DNA of 64,000 bases from Sarea resinae. Taxonomy: Eukaryota. The notes under the pieces are model-generated. The model searched no databases. It was given only the letters and a program-made list of their open reading frames with translations, and was not told the DNA's origin. Both the position numbers and the translations under genes were made by a program. Positions 13,929 to 25,900 of this stretch are shown in pieces. The stretch lies in NCBI GenBank assembly GCA_026026165.1, contig JAPEUD010000020.1:62001-126000 (forward strand), read 5' to 3'. Position 1 is the stretch's first letter; each line of letters begins with the position of its first letter.

Positions 13929-14991
13929 CTACTCCAATCTGACTTTGCCCCTCTTCCGTCGCATATCCTCGACCTTTCGGCGATCCTCCTCGAAGCGGCG
14001 CACCAACTCCCCGGCTCGCGCCTTCTGCTTCTCGCGGATCTGGAACCGGTAGAAATCGCCGCGAGACGCTCGCCCGCGCTCCTCTTTCTCCTTTTGCTGC
14101 AGGGCTTTCTCAAGCGCTTCTTCTTGCCGTGCGGGTCCCACGCGCCCGCCTCGGGTTACGGTGGTGAAGCCGTCTTCGTCTGGCACGGAGCGCGATAGCG
14201 CGAGCGCGGCGGCACGCTGCGCCTCAAGCCGTGTAAAGAGCGTTAGGTAGGTGCTGGTTGCGTCGAAGAGTGCCGTGTGGGATGGGTGTAGGAGGGAGGC
14301 GTGCGTGCTGTAGCCTGGGGGAAGAGGCAGGGTTAGTCTCTTGTGTTCAAGTGTCTGTGAGGGGAGAAAAAGAAAAAAGTAAAGGGGACTCCGTACGGTG
14401 CGAGCCCAGTGGCGGGATCTTATCCTCTATCCCTAACGCCTTCTCGCTCCACACAATCCGCGTGCCACGCTTCCGTATTTTCCTAATGTTCTTGAGCGCT
14501 GACTCCATGCTCGTGCGGTCGACAAATACTACGACTGCCGTGCTGCCACTTCGACGTAATTCGCGATCCCAGAGCTCCGGCAATGGCGCTTCGGCGTCGA
14601 GGTCAATTTCCGAGATATCTACATCGTCGGAGCTCGTGCCGCGCTTGCGCTTTTTTTGTTTCTTGAGGGTCGTCGTGGAGGCTTCTGGAGGCGCGATTGC
14701 AGGTTTGCTTGTGCTTCGACGGCCCTCGAAGGAGACTTCTTCGGTGCGGGCGCCGCCGAGCTCGTTGGCAAAGAGAGAGCGTAGGTGGGGCTCCGTTGTA
14801 TCGATTGGAAGGTTTGTGAGGAAGAGCGTGCGGGAGGTGGATGGGGTGGGGATCTTGGGCGTGTGTGGTCGGAGGTAGATGTGGTGGGTTATCGTTTGCG
14901 CTTTTGAGGCTGGGAGGGAGGGAAGAGGGGGCAGAGTCAGTGGGAGAATCAGGTAGGAGGATATTTCCAGAGACCCTTGTGGGGGTGGCAT
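13929..14991 (-). CDS. RRP7: rRNA-processing protein Rrp7 (one intron ~14314-14395)
   Basis: N-terminal HHIYLRPH...RTLFLTNLPIDTTE RRM-like domain; C-terminal PDEDGFTTVTRGGR...DFYRFQIREKQK...FEEDRRKV, the Rrp7 signature. Confidence 0.95.
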
Positions 14992-15332
14992 CTTGGGAGA
15001 AGGATGCTCGTATCCTGTTGCTGGTGCGAGGTGGGCGTTTGGTGTATGACTATGTCTGAGAAGGGTAGTAGTGGTGATGGATCCATGGATGTTTTTGGTG
15101 TTGAATCTTTTCCTTTTCGGCTAGAGTTGATCGTCGGAGTCGGCTCAACGTTTATGCGGACACCCCCCCAAAGCAAGCCCTAGCGGCGGCTAGCGACCCT
15201 TAGTGAGCGAGCCTCAGTCCAGTTCAATTCGGTTACATCATGGCATGGGCACATACCAGACATCCAGCGATTTACTATACGGCTTCAGCCCTCTAAACAC
15301 CTTCGATTTCGGTCCAGAACGCCTTTGAATAC

Positions 15333-16175
15333 ATGGCAAACTTCTCGTCCCAAGCGCCAGGGGGCTTTCTGCCTCCCACCCTGCCCTCCCCCCCCGCTTC
15401 CTCCGTCACCTCGTCCACTCTCACGGCCTCGCTCCCGGTACCCCGCGGTGCCCCACTCAAGCCCGGCAGCTCCAAAGAATCCAACTTTATCAATTACGTC
15501 GACCGGGCCATCCTGGAGATCACGAGGCGGTTTGCGAAGAAGTTCAGTGGTGGGGCCGAGGGTCAGGGGGGCGATGGCGTCAAGGGATATGAGAGCTTCA
15601 GGGAGGTGGGGAGAGATATTGAGAAACTAGTGGATGTGGTTTGGGTTTCTAGGACACGTATGAACTGCTTCTATTCCTTCGAGTGGACGGAGACTAACTT
15701 TATTCTGGTAGCCTCCCTGCAAACGCCTTATTTGCTCTCCCTGGCTCTGCTGGTGGTCACCTACCTCCCTTCTTTCCCCGCCGCGCCTCGTGCAACCTTC
15801 TCGCTCCTCCACAAGCTCGACCTAGCATTCAGCTCATTGATCCAAGGACGAGATGCAGAGACTGGGGAGGCATTACCAGGCGTGGAGGGGTCCAGAGGCG
15901 CGCTGAGCACGACGGAGAAGGTGCGCATAAAAAGTCTGGTGGAGAGAACCAGAATTGTTGTTGTAGAGACGATTCGACATCAGGAGTATGAAGAGGAGGA
16001 TGAAGAGGAGGATGCTGAGGACTCCCCAACCGAGGCCGAGACGGCCGATGAGGACTTTGACCATCCAGGGGCTGAGGGAGAGCGCTGGGAAATGGAGGTT
16101 GCGAGGGTGTATGACCGCACGTTGGTTGAGTTGGGTGAGAGCCTCGGGAGTGGTGGCGATGGTGGCCTTGGTTAA
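15333..16175 (+). CDS. Tfb6-like protein (TFIIH accessory subunit family); one 54-nt in-frame intron 15658-15711
   Basis: Motifs PLKPGSSKESNFINYVD, DIEKLVDVVWVSRTPSLQTPYLLSLA, LLHKLDLAF, TEKVRIKSLVERTR and WEMEVARVYDRTLVELG match the conserved Pezizomycotina family I recall as TFB6-domain. Divergent from RRP7. Confidence 0.7.
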   Translation: MANFSSQAPGGFLPPTLPSPPASSVTSSTLTASLPVPRGAPLKPGSSKESNFINYVDRAILEITRRFAKKFSGGAEGQGGDGVKGYESFREVGRDIEKLVDVVWVSRTRMNCFYSFEWTETNFILVASLQTPYLLSLALLVVTYLPSFPAAPRATFSLLHKLDLAFSSLIQGRDAETGEALPGVEGSRGALSTTEKVRIKSLVERTRIVVVETIRHQEYEEEDEEEDAEDSPTEAETADEDFDHPGAEGERWEMEVARVYDRTLVELGESLGSGGDGGLG

Positions 16176-17239
16176 GAGCTGCGATGTTTTGAACTTGGTC
16201 TGTCAGCTTGCTGCTCGGAAAATGCTTGTTCAGGGGTTGAATGCGGCCCCTCACGGAGAAGAATTGCGGCAAGCATCTAATCACTCACCATGCTCGTGCT
16301 GGGGCATAACTTGCCAGATGGCGCTGGCATGGCCAAAGCTCGTCAGATGTGGAGATGTCTCATGCAGCCAACGAGGAGCTTGAGGGATCCTCTTTCAGAA
16401 GTTGAGCGAGTCCTAATACCGCGAGACAGCAACCGCCAAGACATACGGCCTCTCCTTGTCTATGTTGGGCAATTTCTCTTGGGATTTAGCTGGAATTGAT
16501 CGACGAGCTTGCCATATAGGAAACCTTTACGATTCCAGCATTGACCTTGGGAATATGGGTTTTCAGTCTCCAGGGGCGGATGGTGGCTGGGTGACCTTGC
16601 CACTACAAAAGCAGGTGCCTATACCTTGTCGACGGGCAGAAGCTTTTTGAGGCAAGCTAGAGCCCTGCGAATGCTCATGCACAAAGTCGTCACTGCACAG
16701 AGAAGCTTCTGATCATGCTCAAGCGTCAGGCGATGCTTTGTGACGTGCTTTTTTGCACTTTCAAGAAAACCCGAGTCTTCAAGAGCTTCCTATGGGCACA
16801 ATAGACGTCACTTACTTCTTACACAGCTCCTACACTCACGTGGCTACACCGCCGGGAAAATCGGAACTTTCCGACGGTGAATCCCCCCCTGAGAAACACA
16901 TATCTGGACGTCACGGCAAGGCGTTGAGAGGACGCCGAAGCTCGGAACCAGTTTTATCCGAGCTAGGCAGCCACCTATCCTAGGGAATATCACACAGAGG
17001 CCCAAGGAGGGGAAAAGACGGCTTCTGCCGGCGGTGAATTCCTCAACTAACGTCCTCCTTATCGCCCACATTATGAAGCCCGTTGGAGCTCCACCGTGAA
17101 ACCCTTCTCCTTAGACTCTTCAAACAGGCAAAGACACATACTGGTGACATGCAGAAGCATGAACAGGCCTTGCGATAAGGCTCATCATTGGCCAAGGGCT
17201 GAAATGATTTGTGAAATACTGTGAATCCTCCCTCTTAAG

Positions 17240-17911
17240 CCGTCACAAGAGCTCTAGCGGCGCCGCAAAACGTGAATCTTCTCAACTCCAAAGGCAGAAA
17301 CGGTGACGCCCGCTCCGCTTTCACTTCACGGTGTCTTGAGCAGAGCATTATATAAGAAACCAGGCTGCCCGCTCTTCTTTCTCTTTCTTCTTCCCTCTTC
17401 CTACTCAGGCAGCCTCTTCTCTTTATATCTATTATCTTCAAGCTTTATATATCATGTCTTGCTATCTTTTCATCAGCATGCTTCTCGGTCTGGCCTTCGC
17501 CTCAAACTACTCTCACCAGTCGACCATGGGCTTGCTTCAAGTCTTCAACATGGATTCGACATCTCTCAACGGTAGTAAGTTAGAAAAGGTATGATCAAAG
17601 CAGTCATACACTGTGTCTCTTCCCTTTCTTATATCATCTTCAACACTCATAAGCTTGCTTCATGAAACCAGTATCACACTTGTTATTCTGTATTACATAT
17701 TCTATGTTACACTCTACAAGTCTGGTCAGCTCAGTCTATCTCTCACTGCTGTGTCTCATTCTTATAAATTACAGTTTTTCTAACCACGTCTATAGATACA
17801 AAGCCTACACCGCTGTCACGAAGACTCGAGTGCGACTGGAGTTTTAAGAACATTGGGAGAAAAGATTTGTGATATACTATAAAAGATTCAAGATATTAGA
17901 TACAAGTGACA
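17240..17911. mobile_element. Possible degenerate LTR remnant(s)
   Basis: TATATAAG followed by a pyrimidine tract; TpA-rich composition; TGTCAC(17814)...GTGACA(17911) inverted ends resembling LTR termini. No TSD or pol sequence seen. Confidence 0.3.
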
Positions 17912-17989
17912 TAAGAACATATATGGTTCGAAAGCTAGACGGATAGGTGAACAGGTGCTTTCTTTCTCCGGCCCAAATGGGCGCGACGA

Positions 17990-19610
17990 GCGCCTGGTGG
18001 CAATTATATGTGTCCTTGATTGTGAAAGATTTATCTTGCTATGCGTTGTCGAGAGAACTTGGTAATGTTTCGAACGCTTGAAACCCTATTCTGATCGCCG
18101 CGTCTTTCGCAAAGCTGGATACAGCCGCATAGAGTATGAGCAGGACATACTGTTTTGAGGAGTAATTCCATCATGACACGAGCGTGTTGGTGTCGGGCTT
18201 CTTCACCCCTTCAAAACTCTTCGATGTTGATTTCTAATGACCTAGTCTCGAGGTTCGGACACGTGACGAACTCAAGAAGTAGCCGGTGGCGGGTTGAGTG
18301 TCTGCAGCTATTGCTTTGCTTTCTCTGGAGCAAGAAAAATCCGGTAGACGTGGGTCATTCGGTGGATAGTTCATGATGTTGTTTCAAGAAACGCAGGTGT
18401 TTGTTCGGGCACCACTGAATTAGGCTAGAAGTCTTTCGATGTTTACTACTCGAGACGTATGTCCGATCGTTATATTTTCTTCGTTCTGCTTTTCTACTGC
18501 CGAATTTGCTGCTGAAAGTCCGACTAGTGCTCAAGATCGAATGTTGGTACCGAGCGCATCATCAAGACTGAACGAGGAGATGATTCCAGCTTCATTCATG
18601 CTGGTGTTGCAGAATTGGCTTTTTCCATTTGGACTGTTCAAGAGAGGCTCGTCGGAAAGAGGCATCTAAGCGTGATAGCAGTCATGCTCCGCAATGGAGC
18701 GAGCAGAGGAGACTCTGCAGCTGTGTGGCCCCATAGCTCCAGCAGGTAAATTCATTCCTATCCTCGTATCAGACCAACTCTGACATTAGCACAGCTAGGC
18801 AAGACACCTGGAATACAGCAAGTTCGTCTCTGTCCTTCTCTTCAAAGGCAGAAATCAACGATATCGTTAGTGGTAATGGCTTGGCCACAAATCCTTGCAT
18901 TCATGGCTCGAGCATCTAGACTTCCCATGCTGCGCGACGAAGGATTGTATCAATAGACCAAGTAATTGACCGCGGACGACTGAGTGTGGAGGACGAATTC
19001 TTCGCTTTCTTCTTCAGTGTTCCTGCTCTTACTCTGTCTCAGACCGTCGCGCTTGTCTTATCATGAGTCTTTGGCATACTCGCTCAAAATTAAAGCGAGT
19101 TAGTGAGATACAGGCTTAAGTATTCCGCGAGGAGAGTCTACTGAGTAATCGGAGCAAAAGCCAAAACTGGCCAACGTCGACGCGAGTCTCCAAAGAGACC
19201 AAAGAGGATACCCGAATGGCTTCAAGGCCAAGACGCAGTTGCTTGTTCTCGAACAGAACGTGATACTCTGGCAAGCGATGTCGATCAACGGGTAGTGCCA
19301 TCGCCGCGAGCTGTGTGCGCGCATTGTTTAGTCTTCTCTGCTGTGCTGTGGCTAATCTGCTCCATTCGCTAGTCACTCGAATGTCGGAAGCTCAGTGGAG
19401 CTTTGAGGGGTCTAGGCTTCACATTCTCTGAAGCCACAGGTTTCTGGTTCTGTGTGTGCTAGAGAATGTCGTTTCCTCCAGGCTCTTGCTTCGGAGCGGC
19501 TGGAGACAGAGACCAGCTCCGTCGAACACATGAGACTGGGGCTACCCTGACGAAAGAGAAGCATAGTCCACCTGACTAGTTTGATGTGGAAGCGGTCTTC
19601 TACACCCATG
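17990..19610 (-). pseudogene. Fragmented pseudogene of unknown protein
   Basis: Protein-like minus-strand pieces (SEWSRLATAQQRRLNNARTQL...FWLLLRLLSRL; ITWSIDTILRRAAWEV*; WNYSSKQYVLLILYAAVSSFAKDAAIRIGFQAFE) broken by stops. Confidence 0.4.
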
Positions 19611-20767
19611 CCAAGCTTGGAGCTGCTGATACCCAGGCCAGAGCTCGGTTCAATGCTCTTGTCTTCTGCCCGACTTTAGGATATTTTCAAGTAAGTTGCA
19701 ACTATCATCATAGCCTGACAATAACTGACAAGCCAAAAGAAAGCAGACATACCAGTCACACGACTGTAGATGCTTGCAGGACTATTACGGACCCTTGCAG
19801 GCATCATGGCTTCTTGCAGGCATCATGCTCTGCGGCGTCATTCAAGCCATTCGCCAATGTCACCGCTTCTGGTAAAGCATGGCAAGTAGCAGGATAATAC
19901 CAAGGCGATTTCGTACCCTCTATCTATTTCTTCGCTGGCTGATTGGCGGAAGATATCGGTCAGCATCGCTTTTTAGTACGTCTGGCTTCGGCAATCTTCA
20001 GAAAGGCTTCGTCCTTATAGAAGAGAGAAGAAAGCTCCTCTGGTCCTTTTCAAAGGTCATTTCGTTTAGCGGTCCGTGGAACAGAAGAGAGAAGAAAGCT
20101 CCTCTGATCCTTTCCACAAGCCATTTCGTTTATTGAACAATAGCTTTTCTGCTTGTCTGCACCGATCGATAGCGTTTGTTGCCATATTTCCTTCATTGTT
20201 GGCGCGCGTGCGCACGTTCGCAATCGCAACTCTTTCGCTGGATGGGGTGAGTTTGATATGCAGATTTGGGGCTTCTCTGGATCTTTCACCGCCATTTCGT
20301 TGCTTTGAAGTTCTTTCCTGTCTGTGTCTGGATTTTTGCAACCATGGTTTGCCTTCTTGCGGCCATTCATGTGGTCACGTGGCGCTCATGAGGCCAGTGG
20401 CACGAGGGCCTTTGTGTCGAAAGATGACCGTCTTTTAAACGCTCGATTACGCCACCGCCTTGGATGCCTTGAGGCAAGCAGCACGAGAGAGCGCATGCTC
20501 TGCTAATGCTATAAAGAGCAAAGGGTCGGAGAATCTTCGTCCGACTTTTCATTCCGTTGCTGACGCGAATACGACAAGAGAAGAGCAGCCGGCCATACTA
20601 CTCACCCAGCAATATCAAGACCAAGAAACCACATTTTGTCTTTCAAGTCGCGCGCGCGCTCCGACTTTTCTGGCTTCTACTGGTAGGACACTTCGTTGTT
20701 TCTTCTGTTTGCCTGACTGCACTTTGCGATGCAAATCAAGAAGGCGAGGCTCTTTCACAGGAGTTTC

Positions 20768-21068
20768 GTTCTTTTTCGCGGCAGATTGCAGAGACCGTAT
20801 TGAGTGGTCTCTTTAGCTTCGAGACTGGATAAGGTCATCATATTGACTGATATCTTTAGCTTCGAGACTCGACAAGATCATCATATTGACCGATATCTTT
20901 GACTTCGAGACTGGACAGGGTCATCATGTTGACCGATCTCTTCAGCTTCGAGACGGGGCAAGTTGACTATGTTCGGTGGTCTCTCTAGCTTCGGATCCGG
21001 ATAACGTGACTATGTTCAATGGCCTCTTCAACTGCGAGGCAGGTCAGCGAAACCATATTGAGTGGTCT
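20768..21068. repeat. 43-bp minisatellite, 7 diverged copies
   Basis: Units start at 20768, 20811, 20854, 20897, 20940, 20983 and 21026; consensus approx CTTTAGCTTCGAGACTGGACAAGGTCATCATATTGACCGATAT. Confidence 0.9.
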
Positions 21069-22710
21069 AACTCTGCATATTGCTAATCTGCATCCAATCG
21101 AGTGGAGCCATTCAACTGTCTCATTCGTGAGCAAACGGTAAGAGAGCCTTCATAAAAACAGAGAAGAGAAAGAAGATACGCGGCTGTCTCAAGTGCAGGA
21201 CTTATTCAGCTGCTTCGTCATGTTCTTCGATTATGAAATCCTGCGTTCGTTTGCTTCGAGGAAAAAGAACCGTAGAGCTGTTCTTTGTGGTATATCATGG
21301 AGTTCCAAATCACCAGACATGGGCTGAAAAAACCGGCGAGGGAAGCGGCCAAGTCGAGGGCGAGAACGAGGAAAGTCCAAGAGAGGATTCTAGGTCCTGC
21401 AAATAGTGTTGAATTTCAACAAGTGAGCTCAGTGCTGACAATCGAAATACACAGAACAGAAGAGCGGATGAAGCGGAAGAAGAACACGAAGAAGATGAGG
21501 AAGGAGGGAAAGAAGGGGACGACGGTGTAAGTGATACCTTAGCCCTATGAACCAATCCCTGGCTGTAATTGTTAACCAGTATATAGGACCGGTTCACCTG
21601 TGTCCAGCAGAGAAAGAAGATAAGAGACATTTAAGAAGAGGCCGTGCAGGACTTTCAAAGCCGAACCCGATATTCAATCCACGTAAGAGAAAGCATTCTG
21701 AAGTCCGGTCTAATTGTTTGAGAGTAGTTCTTTCTTAACTAACTTCGATACCGCAGTATCTTTTGCATAGGGTCTGACAGGTCGCCATACCATCTTGCAG
21801 CACCACAAGCAGCGCAACCAGTGAGCTAGGCTTGTATATATTATACTCATGCATGCAGGCATCGTTCGAGACAAGCCAGCAAGGTGCGATTTGAAAAGAG
21901 ACTTTCGAGCGAGCGTTTAGGAAGTCATCTTCTCGGGAGCAACGGGCATCGGCTGTAAGTCATACCCTACAATCCTACTATAACATCGCCTCGGAAACTT
22001 ACATATCCTCTCTGTTCAAGTCGCAAATGAGCCTTTGCATACCGCACCAGAGCTGCAACAGCGACCTGCCCGACCGGTCCGGAAATATATTCAGCCGTGT
22101 GAAGAGAGCGTCTCCGAGAAAGGCATCCATGGCCGGAGTTGAATTTATACCAAGCAACTTCCTCCGGTCTGTCATTCACGGAGGATTCACGGATTAATTC
22201 ACGGATATTCACGGCTCGAGTACAAGGTACTTCCAGGTTCCGATTGCGTATTTGTTCTTTTCGGTGGTACCTTCCAATCTCTAGATCCCGATCCCAATAT
22301 TCCGGCCGGAAAGGAGCCACGAAAGTCCGGAAGCCGGCTTGAAGCCCCTTGATGTCTGCTGGCAAGAGACAAAACGAGAATATGCTGGCTGTGGAAGCAA
22401 AAGTATGTCAGACTCGTAATATCTGCGTTACTAATATGAACGCTCTGCGATTCTGAGCTTGCCAGTGCAGAGGGAGAAGAAACGGATGTCGAATTTCGTC
22501 CTTTTAATCTTTTTCTTGACTCTAGGGAGGCCTTGCGCTTCTTCGAATTATCATTATATATCGAGGACTTTGCAACCCGGGGAAAGAAGAATGGAACGAG
22601 AAAGCTCGTCAATCTTTGGTTTTCCTTGCAGCCTCCAAGAATTCAAGCAGTAGAGTTCCGCAGAGCGAAAGCCGACGCTGATGTAGGCATCGCTAACAAT
22701 ATATCAAATA

Positions 22711-22980
22711 TTGCTAACATGAAAGGCTCCTGAAAAATCACACATTCATAGCAGAGCCGGTGTGCTTCATAGATGCAAGTCTTGACATTTGGTAAGCTCG
22801 TGAAATTCTGGTTCGTCATCGAATACGTTGCCCGGAGTGCTCTGAATTGCTAACATGAAAAGGTCCTCCTGGCATATAACGCACTCATAGCAGAGCCGGT
22901 CTGCTTTATAGATGCAAGTCTTCGCATTGTGCCAGCTCATGGTGTTCAGGTGTGTCATCGAATATTGCCCAGAGTGCTCT
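22711..22980. repeat. ~136-bp direct duplication (2 copies)
   Basis: TTGCTAACATGAAA...CATAGCAGAGCCGGT.TGCTT.ATAGATGCAAGTCTT...GTCATCGAATA...GAGTGCTCT starting at 22711 and 22847. Confidence 0.9.
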
Positions 22981-25900
22981 AAGCTGGGTAGATGACATGA
23001 GCATCGAGCTCGACTAGGAGAGCTTGCATTTACCGCACTGTCCTGTTTTCTGTATGCTGTCACATTGCGTGTAAATCATCCTTGGCTGACAATATCAACA
23101 GCTGCAACATCGCTTCTCCCAAGATAAAGAAAGCAGCGAGATTGAGTGTAGAGCTCATCGCCGTTATACTGGCCTTAGACCGTTCATGTGTCTCTCCCTA
23201 GCTGACATGACAGATAGAAGTATCGAGGCTGAGTATAGAGCTTTACTATTTCTCCCCAGCACAACTGGCGTCGGTTGTTTAACGCCGTCAAATTGTCTAT
23301 GCGTTCTTCTTAGGCAACATGATCAAGAAATATCCACTTCCTCTGGGTGGCGCGCTATCTAGAGGGATGCGGCTCGAGTCCGCCTGTCCGCAGCATGTGC
23401 GTGCGGTCTGTTGTGTCTCGCACTCCAGACCGTGGGAGCTGATGATTATATATTCGCATGGTGAGCTGCTAATGAGAGTTCTATCAGTGGACTGCATCTT
23501 CTTCTGTTTTCAGCCCTGCAGAACAACTAAATCACCAGGCCCATGCCACGTTTCTTAGCTTGAAAGTTTGTTTGAAGGCTCGTCTCGAGAGTTAATCTCT
23601 AGGACAACAGAGCACCTGATTGCTGATATTTTTAGTATTGATGGACGCCAAGAAAAGGGTTCTTTCCGATAGATCTTGAGCGCGAGAGAATAATGTTGGT
23701 TCCTGCAATAGGAACAAAATCCTTATGCGGGATGCGGAAGCAAACTTATCTTGACCGTAAGTGGTTTCGAAGCATTCCTTCATAGTATCTATCGGAGTGC
23801 CAATAAGCTTGTAATTCCTCATCCGGAGTGAGGAGAACGCTGGCTTATCTTCCTGGCATGGTATCTGCAGTCAGACGCATACTGGAGACATTGGTCTAAT
23901 GAGAGTGCGCAGCTGATAGCTAGGCTTTATTAACCATTCAGCTGCGACATCTTGTTCGAGGCCAAGTACAGTGCCATAAAGGTGCCAGGTCCAGCCTATC
24001 TTGCGCTTTGGACAAGCTATTCGATTCAATGGATCTGCTCGCTGCATCCTTCTGCCAGTTTTCTAGGAATACCTCGATCATACTAATACCGAGATGAAGA
24101 CTGATTTTGGTATGAAGGCGTAGCCTTTTCTGCTAGGCTCGTCTGATACGGAGCAATATAAAATAGAGAAGAGACACGGAATCATGGACTAAAAGGAAAC
24201 TAAATCCAATTAACATGAGAAAATGGAAAAACTTCGCAGCTGAGAGAGCTTACTTGTGCCCGCTCATTATGAGGTTTGCTGACAGACTTACAGATAGTCC
24301 CGACGTCTCAAAACTCAGACGTTCCTGGGCGAGTAACTTGTTACTATTTACTCGCCCAGGTGCGTGCGGTATCCAAGCTAAATGGCTATATCAGTGGCTC
24401 TGCTTGGTAGACGTGAGTAAGCTTTCCGGCAATTAGGAGCTCCCAAACCTCCTCGATGAGGAAGGGACAGCTTCTTAAAAGGGTCGATGATGACATTGAC
24501 ATGACGAGAAAGTTGGCGACCAATAAGTGTCTTGCCCAGAGCTCATGTCACCGAGCTAGCTTCGTCCTGTATGCAGCGGATGGAAAGCACAAGACTGGTA
24601 CATGCTCAGACTGAACAGGAACACAGCCCAGAAACTGATGGCAATTCGAGGAAGTAGTCCAAGACTAAAGAGACAAGGCCGTTGCGGGCTGTGAGCGCGG
24701 CTTTATGATTCTGACCAAGACTTATTCTTTGGATTCAGCCTATTGGCTCTGGCGATTTCGTATAGCGAATGCCCCTTTGAGTAAGGAAGAGTACGAGCTG
24801 GTAGAGAGGAGGGAGCGGGCGTGCCTTGCCTGGAATGATAGGACGGCGAGCGTGTCATAAGCAGACCATCCAACAGGGCCAATAACCTGTGGAGGTGTTG
24901 AGAGATGCTCTACAAGTAAGCTAATGGGTGCGAGGATGATCGAATTATATTGCAAATGAAGCGAAGAGTCTTGTCTGTGCGAACAGATTAAGCAGGACGA
25001 TGCTGTCGTTGGTTCCAGAACTGATTTATAGATACTTTCACTGCCTTCTTCAAGCTATCTTCTGCAAAGAGTGAGCATAGGAGATGACAAAGTTCGAATC
25101 GAGGGCGGCAAGACTGTCTGGCAGTCTTGCCTGCGTCCTTCTGCTGATAGATACGACGAGAATATCCGAGCAGCATTAATTGGCCGATGCAGAAAAAATG
25201 GCACTAAACGGATAGGAGGAACAAGTATAAGGAAAGAGCGAGTGTGAAGGTGGTCATTAAGGTGAGAGGTTCATTCAAATGGACCATCTCGCATGATGAC
25301 ATGAAGACAAATCTTTCGTTTCTTTTTGACCTGTTCGTCTCTACGGACGATCTTTTGGTCGTATACACATGGGAAAGATAATGATCCTAGCTTGAGGTTA
25401 TATGCTTTATACTCCTTGCTTACAAGAGATTTGAACAGCGACCGAGGCTACGGCCGACGCTCTGTTGATCAGACCATGTATGCTGGATTTATCTTGTTGA
25501 TGGTTATCTATATCTCGTTCAAGCTCTTCCTTTGATTCTCGTTGGAAGAAGAGTTCACGCCGATAAAAGCGGCTGTCAAGATGAGGTTGGGACATGGTGA
25601 GGACGTGGTCAGGAGACTCCATCGTCCATCCTTCGCACCTGGAAGTGTCTCCACATCTTCACTCATCTTCATCTCGGGAATCCTACTTATCGGAAAAGAA
25701 GATTCGTCTTCAGAAAGACTGCCGGCGTGTCAAAGACATTTGAGGTAATAAGTTGGCGGAGCATGGTGATAGGAGCATGGGAGGTTGAGAGGTTCAAGTT
25801 GGTAGGTATCCTGAAACTGGGCAGACTGCCACTTCACTCCTGACACTTCACTCAGCATAGGAGCATTCGAGGACTGGATTACATAATCACTCCTAGCACG

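Noticed and set aside
25107..25131. 10-bp stem hairpin
   Set aside because: Near chance expectation for a region of this size.
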